Part shown: positions 11,195-22,480 of the stretch, in pieces
Numbering within the stretch: the first letter of the stretch is position 1
Layout: each line of letters starts with the position of its first letter
From: Phormidesmis sp.
Lineage (GTDB): Bacteria > Cyanobacteriota > Cyanobacteriia > Leptolyngbyales > Leptolyngbyaceae
Assembly (NCBI GenBank): GCA_965248535.1
Contig: CBDFJR010000002.1
Location: forward strand, 1,696,001-1,760,000
DNA: 64,000 nucleotides
Direction of reading: 5' to 3'
The notes under the pieces: model-generated
What the model saw: the letters and a program-made list of their open reading frames with translations, nothing else
Database searches by the model: none
Told to the model about the DNA's origin: nothing
Translations under genes and position numbers: made by a program

Positions 11195-11590
11195 TTAAGC
11201 ACTGAGCGTATCGATCAGTTTGATAACCCGTTCTCTAACTTCATCTCGCACTCTTGGAAAGATTTCCAATTGTTCTGCGGGGTCGTCAAGCTGCCAATCT
11301 TCAAACACGCCCCGCGTCACCCACTCAGGCGGCAAATTTACGCCACAGCCACAGAGAGAAATCACGGCATCGAAATCTTCTGGTTTGAACTCACTCAAGG
11401 CATTTGAGGTTTGATGGCTAATGTCAATGCCCACATCGTTCATTGTCGCGATCGCTTCCGGTCTGACCTGACTCGCCTCTAATCCTGAACTCGTCACCTC
11501 AATCGTTCCGGCTCCTAAGTGCTTGGCGAAACCCTCTGCCATCTGAGAACGGGCAGAGTTCTTTTTACAAACGAACATTACGCGCTTCAT
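11195..11590 (-). CDS. arsC: Arsenate reductase (cyanobacterial LMW-PTPase/glutaredoxin type)
   Basis: CKKNSARSQMAE, SLCGCG, WQLDDP; in ars operon. Confidence 0.95.
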   Translation of the reverse strand: MKRVMFVCKKNSARSQMAEGFAKHLGAGTIEVTSSGLEASQVRPEAIATMNDVGIDISHQTSNALSEFKPEDFDAVISLCGCGVNLPPEWVTRGVFEDWQLDDPAEQLEIFPRVRDEVRERVIKLIDTLSA

Positions 11591-11616
11591 GATTAACTTT
11601 CTCCTAAATTTTAGAA

Positions 11617-12690
11617 CTATAGCCCTGTTGATTGAGCGTCTCTGAAGTAACGCCGTTCAAACCAGAACGCTAAGTTGACGAGTGCAATTAAAGCAGGCAC
11701 TTCTACTAACGGCCCGACCACTGCCGCAAACGCAGCCCCGGAGTTGATGCCAAACACCGCAACGGCAACGGCGATCGCTAACTCAAAGTTATTCCCGGCA
11801 GCAGTAAATGCAACGCTGGCAGATTTAGCATAATCAGCTTTTATCCGCCATGCCAGATAAAAGCTAACCAAGAACATGATTGCGAAGTAGATCATTAGGG
11901 GAATGGCAATTCGCACAACATCCATCGGAATCTGAACAATCTTTTCTCCTTGCAGACTGAACATAACGACGATCGTGAACAACAGCGCAATTAAGGTAAT
12001 CGGGCTAATTTTAGGAATGAATTCTTCGTGATACCAGCGTTTGCCCTTGGCTCTGACCAAGAAAAATCGAGTGAAATATCCGGCTAAGAAAGGAATGCCC
12101 AGATAGATGAACACGCTCTTAGCAATCTCGGCAATGCTCACGTTGACCACACTGGACTGCAAGCCAAACATCGGCGGCAACACCGTCAGAAAAAACCAGG
12201 CAAACGGGCTGTAGAAAATTACCTGAAAGATGCTGTTAAAGGCAACTAATCCAGCCGTGTATTCGGTGTTGCCCCGCGCCAAATCGCTCCACACCACAAC
12301 CATGGCGATGCAGCGGGCTAGCCCAATCAAAATCAGACCCACCATATATTCGGGATAGCTTCTGAGAAAGGTGATTGCCAGCCCAAACATCAAAACTGGG
12401 CCAATCACCCAATTGAGCAGCAGCGATAATCCGAGAATCTTGCGGTTGCGAAAGACATCGCCTAACTCTTCATATCGGACTTTGGCGAGGGGTGGATACA
12501 TCATCAGAATCAGCCCGATCGCGATCGGGATATTAGTCGTCCCCACCTGAAACTGATGCACAAATTGCTCAATGCTGGGAATGTAGTAGCCCAAGGCGAC
12601 CCCGATCGCCATTGCCAAAAAAATCCACAGCGTCAGGAAGCGATCGAGAAAGGAAAGCTGTTTGACCTTAACAACTGCTGTTGTCGCCAT
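11617..12690 (-). CDS. acr3: ACR3 family arsenite efflux transporter
   Basis: [35 protein letters not shown]. Confidence 0.97.
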   Translation of the reverse strand: MATTAVVKVKQLSFLDRFLTLWIFLAMAIGVALGYYIPSIEQFVHQFQVGTTNIPIAIGLILMMYPPLAKVRYEELGDVFRNRKILGLSLLLNWVIGPVLMFGLAITFLRSYPEYMVGLILIGLARCIAMVVVWSDLARGNTEYTAGLVAFNSIFQVIFYSPFAWFFLTVLPPMFGLQSSVVNVSIAEIAKSVFIYLGIPFLAGYFTRFFLVRAKGKRWYHEEFIPKISPITLIALLFTIVVMFSLQGEKIVQIPMDVVRIAIPLMIYFAIMFLVSFYLAWRIKADYAKSASVAFTAAGNNFELAIAVAVAVFGINSGAAFAAVVGPLVEVPALIALVNLAFWFERRYFRDAQSTGL

Positions 12691-12743
12691 AAAATGCCGC
12701 CAAATAAAACACGAGGCGCAAAAACGCGAACCTCTTCTAATGA

Positions 12744-12767
12744 ATATATCAACTTTTATTGATATAT
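12744..12767. promoter_or_regulatory. ArsR operator
   Basis: Perfect inverted repeat ATATATCAA-N6-TTGATATAT upstream of acr3; fits the cyanobacterial ATCAA-N6-TTGAT ArsR box. Confidence 0.8.
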
Positions 12768-12831
12768 GATCACTGATTAATGCGAGCCTTTAGAAATTAA
12801 GTTGAATTACTTTGCATTCAGAAAAGATGAG

Positions 12832-13158
12832 CTAGTCATCACGGCAAATGCGAGCCGGGGCAATCTGACTAAACCGTCGATAGTCTGCCAGATATTGCTC
12901 GATCGCGATAAACTGAGGCAAATTGAGACGGTAATAGATCCAGCGCCCTTCTTGACGAGTCTTAACCAATTGAGCTTCTTTGAGAGTTTTGAGGTGAAAC
13001 GACAGTTTTGATTGCGGCACGTCTAGCACCTCGCACAATTCGCAGACGCAAAGCTCCTGATCTCGCAAAAGCTCTAGAACTTGAATGCGAAGCGGATCAG
13101 AGAGGGCATGAAATCCCAAAACAACTAAAGTTGGTGTTTTTATAGTCTGCTTCATCAA
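12832..13158 (-). CDS. arsR: ArsR/SmtB family repressor
   Basis: FHALSDPLR, ELCVCELC, SKLSFHLKTLKEA, GRWIYY. Confidence 0.93.
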   Translation of the reverse strand: MMKQTIKTPTLVVLGFHALSDPLRIQVLELLRDQELCVCELCEVLDVPQSKLSFHLKTLKEAQLVKTRQEGRWIYYRLNLPQFIAIEQYLADYRRFSQIAPARICRDD

Positions 13159-13231
13159 CTTTACTGAAAGAACGTCCTAGTTTTAAATCATTCAATTTGC
13201 TGCGATCGTCCCTTTAAGGATGACCACCGAC

Positions 13232-14437
13232 TTAACAACAGCTATCGGTGCTGCACGATGACTTCGACTCACTTTTAAGGGTGACCCGATAGTCTAAACC
13301 CTTGGTATCACGCGGGTCGCGGACGGCATCCCCAGAGCAGTTGAACGCCTGAGCAGACTCTAAAGCAATCTCGTTGTGAGGCAACACCGGAATTAAATCA
13401 CCGTGATAGGGGCTGCTGGCATCGGTGTAGAGGTGAAAGGTTTTGTCGCAGACTGCCATGCGTTCGCCGCGATAGAGCGTGTGCCCGTCATCGTCTTGCA
13501 CTGCCCGCCACGGCCCTTTATAGATGACGGCTTGATGGCGCTCCCAGCAGTCGCCCTGCTTGCCTTTAAAAGCGCGGACAGTCAGCGATCGGAACTCAAC
13601 CCCATCGATCACCTGCCAGGGTTCTGCCTGTCTGCTCAAGATCTCGATGCCGTGAAACCCAGCCCGCTCAAACATTTCGAGAAATCCGTCTTCTCTAAAG
13701 GCACCTGCAATGCAGCCGCTCCACAGATCGGGGTCGTTGAGAATCACGGGAGTGGGGTTTTCATCGCAGACAATATCAGAAATCACCGCCCGTCCGCCTC
13801 GCTTGAGCACCCGAAAGATTTCATCAAAAAGCTGCGCTTTGTCTTGAGGACGCACCAAATTTAACACACAGTTAGAAATCACCACATCGACGCTATCAGA
13901 CTCAATTAAGGGCTGTTCTTGCCGGAGGCGATCGCACTCGGTTTCAAAGCTAGCGAGTTGCGCGATCGCGGCGATCGGGTTCTGAGTTAACCAAGCCTGA
14001 ACCTGATCCAGATTCAACGCCAGATCTTGAATCTTGGCTTTGACAAACTCGACATTGTGATAGCCAAATTTATCGCCCATTTCAGTCAGATATTTGCGCG
14101 ACAGATTGAGCATTTCATCATTGAAGTCAACCCCAATAATTCGCCCGGCTTGGCCCACTTTTTGCGCGAGAATGTAGCAGTTTTTTCCAGCACCTGATCC
14201 CAGATCGACGACCGTTTCGCCCAGGCCCACATAGCGAGTTGGGTCGCCACAGCCATAGTCTTTTTCAATGATTTCTGATGGCAAAGCCTCTAGATAGCGG
14301 CTGTCATAACCATCAGTGGGACAACAGAGTTCGGCTTGGGGCTGTTGGGCCCCGGCTCCATAGCGTTTTAAGACTGCCTGTTCAATATCGTAGGTGACAG
14401 GGTTTGGAGTCAGCGAGTCAGTTGCAAGGTCAGTCAT
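13232..14437 (-). CDS. Arsenite methyltransferase-like SAM methyltransferase with C-terminal extension
   Basis: LCCP, YGCGDP, VDLGSGAG, DVVISNCVLNL, WSGCIAGA; directly upstream of arsR. Confidence 0.8.
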   Translation of the reverse strand: MTDLATDSLTPNPVTYDIEQAVLKRYGAGAQQPQAELCCPTDGYDSRYLEALPSEIIEKDYGCGDPTRYVGLGETVVDLGSGAGKNCYILAQKVGQAGRIIGVDFNDEMLNLSRKYLTEMGDKFGYHNVEFVKAKIQDLALNLDQVQAWLTQNPIAAIAQLASFETECDRLRQEQPLIESDSVDVVISNCVLNLVRPQDKAQLFDEIFRVLKRGGRAVISDIVCDENPTPVILNDPDLWSGCIAGAFREDGFLEMFERAGFHGIEILSRQAEPWQVIDGVEFRSLTVRAFKGKQGDCWERHQAVIYKGPWRAVQDDDGHTLYRGERMAVCDKTFHLYTDASSPYHGDLIPVLPHNEIALESAQAFNCSGDAVRDPRDTKGLDYRVTLKSESKSSCSTDSCC

Positions 14438-14600
14438 GGTTGTGTTGGAGGGATCTCTTGGATTTAGTCTAAGCGCTTCTAGGTTGGCAAAGTTGAGCCG
14501 TTTCTGAAGAAAGTCTGAAACTCAGCCCTCGGTGAGGGTTATTCTCTCAATCAATTACCTAGGATGCTGGTCTGAGCTTGCATTATTGGGAGAGATTTAG

Positions 14601-15551
14601 ATGGAATATCGGCACTTAGGAAAACAGGGCGTTCGCGTTTCGGAAGTTTGTTTGGGGTCGTGGCTCACCTATGGCGCAGCAAAAGATGCCGCGATCGCCC
14701 GTGACTGCATTGAGAAAGCCTATGATTTGGGCGTTAATTTCTTTGACACCGCCAACGTTTACGCACGAGGAGCCGCCGAAAAAGTGGTCGGAAGTGTTTT
14801 GGGGCAATATCCCCGTGAGTCTTATGTGTTGGCGACAAAAGTTTATTTTCCAATGGGGCCAGGAGCCAACGATCGGGGTTTGTCGCGCAAACACATTATC
14901 GAACAGTGCAATGCCAGCCTTAAGCGTCTGAATGTGGACTACATCGATCTCTATCAGGCGCATCGCTACGATGCTAGTGTGCCGTTGTCTGAGACGCTAA
15001 TGGCGTTTGATCATCTGGTGCAGCAGGGCAAGATTCTCTACTATGGCGTGTCAGAGTGGAGTGCAGGACAACTTGCTCATGCGGCAGACTTGACCCGATT
15101 GGCGGGGCTGGCGGCGATCGCCTCTAATCAACCTCAATACAGCCTGATCAAACGAGATATTGAATCGGAAATCATGCCGCTCTGTCAGCGTGAAGGCATT
15201 GGCGTGATCAACTTTTCGCCTCTGGCTCAAGGCATTCTCACGGGCAAATATAAGCCCGGTGAGGCGCTACCTGAAGGATCTCGCGCCAGCGACCCCAAAC
15301 AAAACTCGTTTATGAATAAGGGAGAATTGGATCAAGATTTGCTCACGAGAGTTCAAAAATTGGTGCCTTTGGCAGAGCAAGAAGGCTTAACATTGAGTCA
15401 ACTAGCGCTAGCTTGGTGTCTGCGAAATGAGGCTCTGAGTAGTGTGATTATTGGAGCGACAAAAGCGGCGCAGGTAGAAGACAACGTAAAAGCATCGGGT
15501 CGGAAGCTGTCGTCAGAGACATTGAGCGCGATCGAGACTCTCTTCGGTTAA
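14601..15551 (+). CDS. Aldo/keto reductase (Kv-beta/Tas-like)
   Basis: LGSWLTYG, DTANVY, GLSRKHI, IDLYQAHRYD, FSPLAQGILTGKY. Confidence 0.93.
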   Translation: MEYRHLGKQGVRVSEVCLGSWLTYGAAKDAAIARDCIEKAYDLGVNFFDTANVYARGAAEKVVGSVLGQYPRESYVLATKVYFPMGPGANDRGLSRKHIIEQCNASLKRLNVDYIDLYQAHRYDASVPLSETLMAFDHLVQQGKILYYGVSEWSAGQLAHAADLTRLAGLAAIASNQPQYSLIKRDIESEIMPLCQREGIGVINFSPLAQGILTGKYKPGEALPEGSRASDPKQNSFMNKGELDQDLLTRVQKLVPLAEQEGLTLSQLALAWCLRNEALSSVIIGATKAAQVEDNVKASGRKLSSETLSAIETLFG

Positions 15552-15560
15552 GTCTCAGCC

Positions 15561-15594
15561 AGACCTTCGACTTTTTTAGAGAAGTCGGAGGTCT
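15561..15594. repeat. Second copy of the AGAtCccCGA palindromic repeat
   Basis: AGACCTTCGACTTTTT-ag-AGAAGTCGGAGGTCT just after the AKR stop. Confidence 0.6.
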
Positions 15595-15787
15595 AGTCTA
15601 AATCAGGGGTTCTCGATTGATTAAAAATAGTTTTTGACTGTTATTTGATATTAACGATTTTGTATCTAAATCTATCTATTCATCACTGTGGTTTTGACCA
15701 ATAACGGCGAGAAAGGTAACAAAAAATAATTGGAATAATCGCAGCTTCAATCACTGAAACCCTTATCTAGAGTGATTTTTGCTGTAG

Positions 15788-15850
15788 TTAAAGATTTACT
15801 TATAGATTCTATTGGATAATTCTTTGGTTATCCATAGAAATTTGCTTTAC
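15788..15850 (+). promoter_or_regulatory. Putative LysR-type (CmpR/CcmR-like) binding boxes upstream of cmpA
   Basis: GGATAA-N8-TTATCC (15814-15833) plus adjacent ATAG-N8-TTTA in an AT-rich leader. Confidence 0.5.
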
Positions 15851-16115
15851 TTTCAAACACTTGAACAGTAGTCTTAGTTTTAAGCGTTCAGTTAGTTAAA
15901 TGACAAGCAATAAACTGATTGGCAATGTCAATGCTAATCATTGCTTTAATTCAATGAAGGTTAAACTCATTGATTAATTTGAACGATCATTCTTAACTCT
16001 AATTTTTGACTCAATTCTTGACGAGATTTATCTCGTGAAAATTGCTGTCTACCTTTTTCTGCCCGGTAGCATTTGCTTGCCGGGAACCCGATCGCTTTAT
16101 CAAAAGGAGAGAATC

Positions 16116-17468
16116 ATGACGGAGTTTTCAGCCTGGTCTCGGCGCAGGTTTCTATTAGCGACTGGTGCAACGGCAGCAACTTCTATTCTTCTCAAAGGCT
16201 GTTTAGGAAATCCTCCTGACACGGTGACGAGTGCGCCCTCTGCGCAAGGTGCTAAACCTGTTGTGAGTGTGAAAGCGGGCGAAGAACCCGAAGTGACCAC
16301 GGCAAAATTGGGCTATCTCCCGATCGTAGAATCGGCTCCGTTGATCATCGCTAAAGAGAAGGGCTTTTTCGCGAAATATGGCATGGTCGATCTGAAGATC
16401 GACAAGCAGGCAAACTGGGGCGCTGCCAGAGATAATGTCAAAATTGGCTCGGCTGGGGGCGGCGTTGATGGTGGACAGTGGCAGATGCCCATGCCCTATC
16501 TGATTTCAGAAGGGTTGATCACCGACAATCTAAAAGTCCCCATGTATATTCTCGCGCAGCTAAACACGCAGGGAAATGGGATCGCGATCGCGAACAAACA
16601 CATGGGCAAAGGCATCGGATTAAAACTTAACGAACAAGTTGCCTTTTTTAACAACCTCAAGTCGGGCGGCACTCGATTTAAAGCGGCTTACACGTTTCCG
16701 AGATCAAATCAAGATTTCTGGATTCGCTATTGGCTGGCCGCAGGCGGAATCGACCCAGACGCAGAGGTGGAATTGCTCACGGTGCCCACTGCACAAACGG
16801 TTGCAGACATGAAGCGCGGCGCGATGGATGCTTTTAGCACCGGAGATCCGTGGCCTAATCGCATTGTGGCAGACAAGATCGGATTCGTTTCTGCCTTGAC
16901 CGCAGAAATCTGGAAGGCACACCCCGAAGAATATTTGGGAATGCGAAAGGATTGGGTTGATAAACACCCAAAAGCAACCCGAGCGATTATCAAAGGAGTC
17001 ATAGAAGCTCAACAGTGGTGTGACAACTTTGATAATCGTGCCGAGCTTGCCAAGATTCTGTCAAAGCGAGAATATTTTAACGTGCCAGAGACCGTTTTGT
17101 TAGAGCCGTTAATGGGTAAATATAATCTGGGTGAACGCACGCTCGATGATAAGTCAATGGCAGTTCTCTATTGGAAAGACAGCAAGGGCAGTGTGTCTTA
17201 CCCCTATAAGAGTCACGATCTCTGGTTCCTGACCGAAAGCGTGCGCTGGGGCTTTTTGCCCAAAGAGACGTTAGCCAACGCCCAAACGATGATTGATCAA
17301 GTCAACCGCGAAGATATTTGGAAACAGGCTGCTCAAGAAATGGGCATTGCGGCGGCAGATATTCCCACTAGCACGTCTCGCGGTGTTGAAGAATTTTTTG
17401 ATGGCATCAAGTTTGATCCGGCCAATCCTCAAGCTTATTTAGACAGTTTGAAGATCAAAAAAGCGTAG
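16116..17468 (+). CDS. cmpA: Bicarbonate ABC transporter substrate-binding lipoprotein (BCT1)
   Basis: SRRRFL Tat motif, LKGCLGNPP lipobox typical of Cmp[18 protein letters not shown] before ATG 16116. Confidence 0.85.
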   Translation: MTEFSAWSRRRFLLATGATAATSILLKGCLGNPPDTVTSAPSAQGAKPVVSVKAGEEPEVTTAKLGYLPIVESAPLIIAKEKGFFAKYGMVDLKIDKQANWGAARDNVKIGSAGGGVDGGQWQMPMPYLISEGLITDNLKVPMYILAQLNTQGNGIAIANKHMGKGIGLKLNEQVAFFNNLKSGGTRFKAAYTFPRSNQDFWIRYWLAAGGIDPDAEVELLTVPTAQTVADMKRGAMDAFSTGDPWPNRIVADKIGFVSALTAEIWKAHPEEYLGMRKDWVDKHPKATRAIIKGVIEAQQWCDNFDNRAELAKILSKREYFNVPETVLLEPLMGKYNLGERTLDDKSMAVLYWKDSKGSVSYPYKSHDLWFLTESVRWGFLPKETLANAQTMIDQVNREDIWKQAAQEMGIAAADIPTSTSRGVEEFFDGIKFDPANPQAYLDSLKIKKA

Positions 17469-17540
17469 AACTCCGGCTAAACCCTGCCCGTTGACGAACC
17501 CATTTCCTCATTCACCGAACCCGAATTTAGGAGCCATTCC

Positions 17541-18386
17541 ATGACCCTCGCTCAAAAACGCAACCCAACCGCTTCTGTCCGCAAACCCGTCAACTCAAAG
17601 CTGATGCAGCGAGTGGATGATATCGTTTCCCCACTGATTGCGCTGATTATTTTGCTGGCGATTTGGCAACTCTTGGCCTCGATTCCAGGATTGACGACTC
17701 TTCCGACTCCGGTGCGAGTTGTGCAAGAGACTTGGATGCCGCTGATTGCTTATCCTTTCTACGATCGGGGCGGCACCGACAAAGGACTTTTTTGGCAAGT
17801 CATGGCGAGTTTGCAGCGAGTGGCGATCGGCTATTCTATCGCGGCAGTGGTCGGTATTGGTTTAGGCATTCTCGTCGGCATGAATCAACGGGTTTCTAAA
17901 TCTCTCGACCCGATCTTTCAAATTTTGCGAACGGTTCCACCGTTGGCTTGGGTGCCGATCGCGCTGGCAGCGTTGCAGCAAAACCAACCTGCTGCTTTAT
18001 TTGTGATCTTCATCACTGCGATTTGGCCCATTCTGATTAACACGGCTGTTGGCGTTCGACAGATCCCCAGTGATTACAATAACGTTGCAAAAGTGTTGCA
18101 GCTTCCTAAATCAGAGTATTTCTTTAAGATTCTCTTTCCGGCTGCGTTGCCCTATATTTTTACAGGATTGCGGATCTCGATCGGGCTAGCTTGGTTGGCG
18201 ATTATCGCGGCTGAAATTGTCATGTCTGGCATCGTCGGCATTGGCTTTTTTATCTGGAATGCTTACCAAAATAGCCAAGTCAGCGAAATTATTTTGGCAC
18301 TGGTTTATATCGGGTTGGTGGGCTGGCTGCTCGACAAAATGATGGAGCGCATTCAAACGCTAATTTTGCCTAGTAGCCAACGTTAA
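17541..18386 (+). CDS. cmpB: Bicarbonate ABC transporter permease
   Basis: ASLQRV, PPLAWVP, AAEIVMSGIVGIGFFIW (CmpB-type). Confidence 0.85.
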   Translation: MTLAQKRNPTASVRKPVNSKLMQRVDDIVSPLIALIILLAIWQLLASIPGLTTLPTPVRVVQETWMPLIAYPFYDRGGTDKGLFWQVMASLQRVAIGYSIAAVVGIGLGILVGMNQRVSKSLDPIFQILRTVPPLAWVPIALAALQQNQPAALFVIFITAIWPILINTAVGVRQIPSDYNNVAKVLQLPKSEYFFKILFPAALPYIFTGLRISIGLAWLAIIAAEIVMSGIVGIGFFIWNAYQNSQVSEIILALVYIGLVGWLLDKMMERIQTLILPSSQR

Positions 18387-18392
18387 ATGGTT

Positions 18393-18419
18393 GTGGGGGC
18401 ACGGCATGCGTGCCCCCAC
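18393..18419. repeat. REP-like GC-rich hairpin inside the cmp operon
   Basis: GTGGGGGCACG-gcatg-CGTGCCCCCAC, perfect 11-bp stem. Confidence 0.7.
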
Positions 18420-18478
18420 GTGTGCCGTGCTTCTCGTGAATTTGTCACACTCACAAATCTAATCGATATAACCTTGCC

Positions 18479-20481
18479 ATGACTCATTTTGTTGCGGTTG
18501 AAAACGTTGAAAAAGTGTTTCCCCTCACGAATGGCGATACCTACATCGCGCTTAAAGGGATTGACTTGACGATTAAAAAAGGCGAATTTGTTTCGCTCAT
18601 TGGTCACTCTGGCTGCGGCAAATCCACGTTGCTCAACATGATTGCGGGGCTAGACCTGCCCACCGATGGCGTGGTGATGCTAGAAGACGAAGAAGTGCTC
18701 AAGCCAGGGCCCGATCGTATGGTCGTGTTCCAAAACTATTCGCTGCTGCCGTGGATGAGCGTTCGGCAAAATATCGAGCTTGCCGTTAAAAACGTGTTGG
18801 GACATTTACCTGCTGCCGAACGCAGTGAGATTGTCGAACATCACATCGATATGGTAGGGCTGCGTCACGCGGCCGATAAACCCCCTGACCAGCTATCAGG
18901 TGGCATGAAACAGCGCGTCGCGATCGCTCGTGCCTTTGCCATCAAACCCAAGCTCTTGCTGCTTGACGAACCGTTTGGCGCATTGGATGCTCTGACTCGC
19001 GGCAACCTGCAAGAAAAGCTGATGGAAATCTGCGAAGAAAATCATGTCACTACGGTGATGGTGACGCACGATGTTGACGAGGCGATTTTGCTGTCCGATC
19101 GGGTGGTCATGCTCACCAACGGCCCCGAATCTAAAATCGGTCAGATCTTGGACGTTGAGATTCCGCGACCTCGCAAGCGCATGGAGGTGATTAGTCACCC
19201 CAACTACTACAGCTATCGCAGTGAGATTATTTACTTTCTCAATCAGCAAAAGCAAATCAAAAAACTGCGTGCCAGAAAGACGGCCGCTGTGGCACGTCAC
19301 GGCTTAGAGAAAATCAATCTAGAGATTGGCTTTGTGCCGCTAGTAGCGTGTGCGCCGTTAGCGATCGCCAAAGAAAAAGGATTCTTTGCTCACCACGGCT
19401 TAGACGAAGTGCATCTAGTGCGTGAATCAAGCTGGCGCGGCATTCAAGACGGCATCGCGGGTGGATATCTGGATGCGGCTCAGATGCCATCAGGGATGCC
19501 CGTTTGGATGACCGTCGGCGGTATGGAGGGCAAATCGATCCCGATCGTCAGTGCCTCACCCTTACCCGCAATGGGAATGCGATCACTTTAGATAAACGCT
19601 TTTATGATCAGGGCGTGCACACGCTGAATGATCTGAAGCGAATGCTGTTAGAAACGGCGGACAAACAGCATATCTTCGGTGTGGTGCATCCTGCGTCAAT
19701 GCATAATTTATTGCTGCGCTATTGGCTGGCAGCAGGCGGAATTGACCCCGATCGCGATCTCTCGATTACGACATTGCCCCCCGCTCAAATGGTCGCGAAC
19801 CTGAAAGCAGCCAGCATCGACGGCTATTGTGTTGGCGAACCGTGGAATATTCGGGCGGCGGTTGAGGGAATTGGCTACACGATCGCTACTGATTTAGAGA
19901 TTTGGAATGGTCATCCCGGCAAGGTTTTAGGCGTGCGAGAAGACTGGGCTAACGCCTATCCCAACACTCATGTAGCTCTGGTGAAAGCGCTATTAGAAGC
20001 CTGTCGCTATTGCACTGACGAAGCCAATCACGAAGAGATTCGCGAGATTCTGTCACGCGGCGACTATCTAAGCTGCGAGTTAGATTTCATTCAACTTGGT
20101 GACCCAAACAATCGAGTTTGCGATCTGCGTCCGTCGCCTAAAGAGTATGCTCACCACCAGTTTTATGGGCAAGGAGTCAACCGTCCGAGCCGCACCGAGC
20201 ATTTGTGGATGATGACGCAGATGGCGCGCTGGGGCGAGATTCCGTTTCCTCGCAACTGGGTCGAGATTTTAGAACGGGTCAGCAAAGTTAGTGTGTTTAG
20301 CATGGCTGCACGAGAGCTAGGGCTGTCTGATCTCACCTACAGTCGCGGCGCGATTCAACTTTTTGATGGGGTTAACTTTAGTGCCGATGACCCGATCGAC
20401 TATCTGAATAATCTCAAAATCAAACACGATATCTACATGGCAGAAGTTGCTCTTGACAAACCTCTCGCACGAACAGCTTAA
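18479..20481 (+). pseudogene. cmpC: Bicarbonate ABC transporter ATP-binding subunit, split by a 1-bp frameshift near 19554
   Basis: ORFs 18479-19591 and 19504-20481 join as IVSALTLTRNGN if one C is restored in gcc(c)tc; Walker A GHSGCGKS plus CmpA-like C-terminal domain. Confidence 0.85.
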
Positions 20482-20526
20482 TTCTTTTTCTCATCTCTGC
20501 AAACGCCAATCGCAACCTAAACTCTA

Positions 20527-21369
20527 ATGATTACTGCAACACAAGATACACAAGCCTCTGATTCACAGAAGAATCAGACTCCGTTTCTGGTCGTCGATCG
20601 CGTCTCCAAAGTCTACCCAACCAAAGACGGCGACGGTTACACTGTTCTCAAAGATGTCAACCTCACCGTCAATCAGGGTGAATTTATTTGCCTGATTGGT
20701 CACTCTGGCTGCGGCAAATCAACGCTGCTGAATATGGTTAGTGGATTTTCTCACCCGACCGATGGAGAAGTGCGACTGCAAGGTAAACCGATCGTCAAAC
20801 CCGGGCCCGATCGCATGGTGGTGTTTCAAGGATATGCCCTGCTGCCTTGGCTGAGTGTGTTTGAGAATGTCTATTTGGGTGTGAATTCAGTCTATCCCCA
20901 AAAGTCTAAAGCCGAGAAAACGCGCATCGTTAAAGAGCATCTGGCGATGGTCGGTCTAGCAGACTCAATGGAGAAAAAGCCTCCCCAGATTTCCGGCGGC
21001 ATGAAACAGCGAGTCGCGATCGCTCGGGCCTTAGCCATTCGCCCCGAAGTGCTGATCTTAGACGAACCGTTTGGCGCATTGGATGCGATCACCAAAGAAG
21101 AACTGCAAGAAGAACTGCTTAAAATCTGGAATGATCATCGCTGCACGGTGCTGATGATTACTCACGATATTGACGAAGCGTTATTTCTCGCCGATCGCTT
21201 AGTGATGATGACCAACGGCCCGGCGGCTGCCATTGGCGAGGTGTTGGATATTCCGTTTCGTCGCCCTCGCGATCGGGCCCGCATCATGGAAGCCCCCGAA
21301 TACTATCAGTTGCGGAACTACGCGCTAGATTTCCTCTATAACCGTTTTGCCCACGACGACACCGAATAA
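20527..21369 (+). CDS. cmpD: Bicarbonate ABC transporter ATP-binding subunit
   Basis: [35 protein letters not shown]. Confidence 0.85.
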   Translation: MITATQDTQASDSQKNQTPFLVVDRVSKVYPTKDGDGYTVLKDVNLTVNQGEFICLIGHSGCGKSTLLNMVSGFSHPTDGEVRLQGKPIVKPGPDRMVVFQGYALLPWLSVFENVYLGVNSVYPQKSKAEKTRIVKEHLAMVGLADSMEKKPPQISGGMKQRVAIARALAIRPEVLILDEPFGALDAITKEELQEELLKIWNDHRCTVLMITHDIDEALFLADRLVMMTNGPAAAIGEVLDIPFRRPRDRARIMEAPEYYQLRNYALDFLYNRFAHDDTE

Positions 21370-21474
21370 GTCGTCTTACGCAGTGAGTGGGTTCGTGATG
21401 GCGTTGCTAATTGGGTCAGTTAGCAACGCTTTTCTGATTGTTAAAGACAATAACTTTTATCTTATTTTGCATTC

Positions 21475-22341
21475 CTATTCTTGTTCTAGCATCTCTTTAG
21501 CTACTGATAGTTGCTGCTGGTGCTCTTCGTTTAAAACGGGATATTTTAGATCTAGAGAAGCCAGCTTACTGCAAATGATATCTGCCACTATCATGCGTGT
21601 AAACCATTTGTGATCGGCTGGGACAATATGCCAAGGTGCCCATTGGGTGCTGGTGTGATTAAAAACCTTTTCATAAGCGTTCATATAGTCATTCCAGAAA
21701 GCACGCTCTTTTGAGTCGTCGGCAGAAAATTTCCAATTCTTTTCGGGCTGGTTAATTCGTTCTAGAAAGCGTTTTTTCTGCTCTGCTTTAGAGACATTTA
21801 AGAAGAACTTCAAAATAACTACGCCATTGTTGACTAAATATTTTTCAAAGTTGTTAATCGCTTCAAAGCGACGTTTCCAAATATCTTTCTTGAGCGTTGC
21901 TTCTGGCAACTGCTGTTTGGCTAAAACTTCTGGATGCACCCGTGCAATTAACACTTCTTCATAATAAGAGCGATTAAAAATGCCAATGCGACCGCGTTCG
22001 GGCAGGGCGCGAGACGATCGCCACAAATAGTCGTGATCCAGTTCTTCGTCTGAAGGGGCTTTAAAGCTAAACACCTGGCAGCCTTGCGGATTGATGCCCG
22101 ACATCACATGCTTAATTGTGCTGTCTTTTCCGGCAGCATCCATCGCCTGAAAAATAATTAACAACGCATAGCTACTGCTGGCATAGAGCACGTCTTGATA
22201 GGCGGCTAGCCGTTTAATATCACGCTGTAATTTGCTGGCAGTGTCTTCGTCTTTTTGATAGTTGCCAAGATAGCCACTGTCATAGTCGTTGCTCAACGAA
22301 ATTTTTGACTTGGGCGGAACGATGAATGGGTCGTGGTTCAT
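21475..22341 (-). CDS. Polyphosphate kinase 2 family (class III-like)
   Basis: QAMDAAGKD, FNRSYYEEVL, NWKFS, PADHKW. Confidence 0.93.
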   Translation of the reverse strand: MNHDPFIVPPKSKISLSNDYDSGYLGNYQKDEDTASKLQRDIKRLAAYQDVLYASSSYALLIIFQAMDAAGKDSTIKHVMSGINPQGCQVFSFKAPSDEELDHDYLWRSSRALPERGRIGIFNRSYYEEVLIARVHPEVLAKQQLPEATLKKDIWKRRFEAINNFEKYLVNNGVVILKFFLNVSKAEQKKRFLERINQPEKNWKFSADDSKERAFWNDYMNAYEKVFNHTSTQWAPWHIVPADHKWFTRMIVADIICSKLASLDLKYPVLNEEHQQQLSVAKEMLEQE

Positions 22342-22480
22342 ATCTCGACCAATATCCTTTATGGAATCCTACGGCCCTCGATCGTCTACGCTTATCTACT
22401 AGAGTGCAATAACCCTGAGAGAGGTTGTTTGCTTTTTACGGGGGTCGATGCGTCTTGATGCGCCTGCCAACTTTGTGCTT

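Noticed and set aside
13151..13168. Second ArsR box over the arsR start
   Set aside because: Only ATCAA with a mis-spaced, degenerate second half; too weak to call
16116..21369. nrtABCD nitrate transporter
   Set aside because: KGCLGNPP and IVMSGIVG signatures are CmpA/CmpB-like; no nirA/narB adjacent
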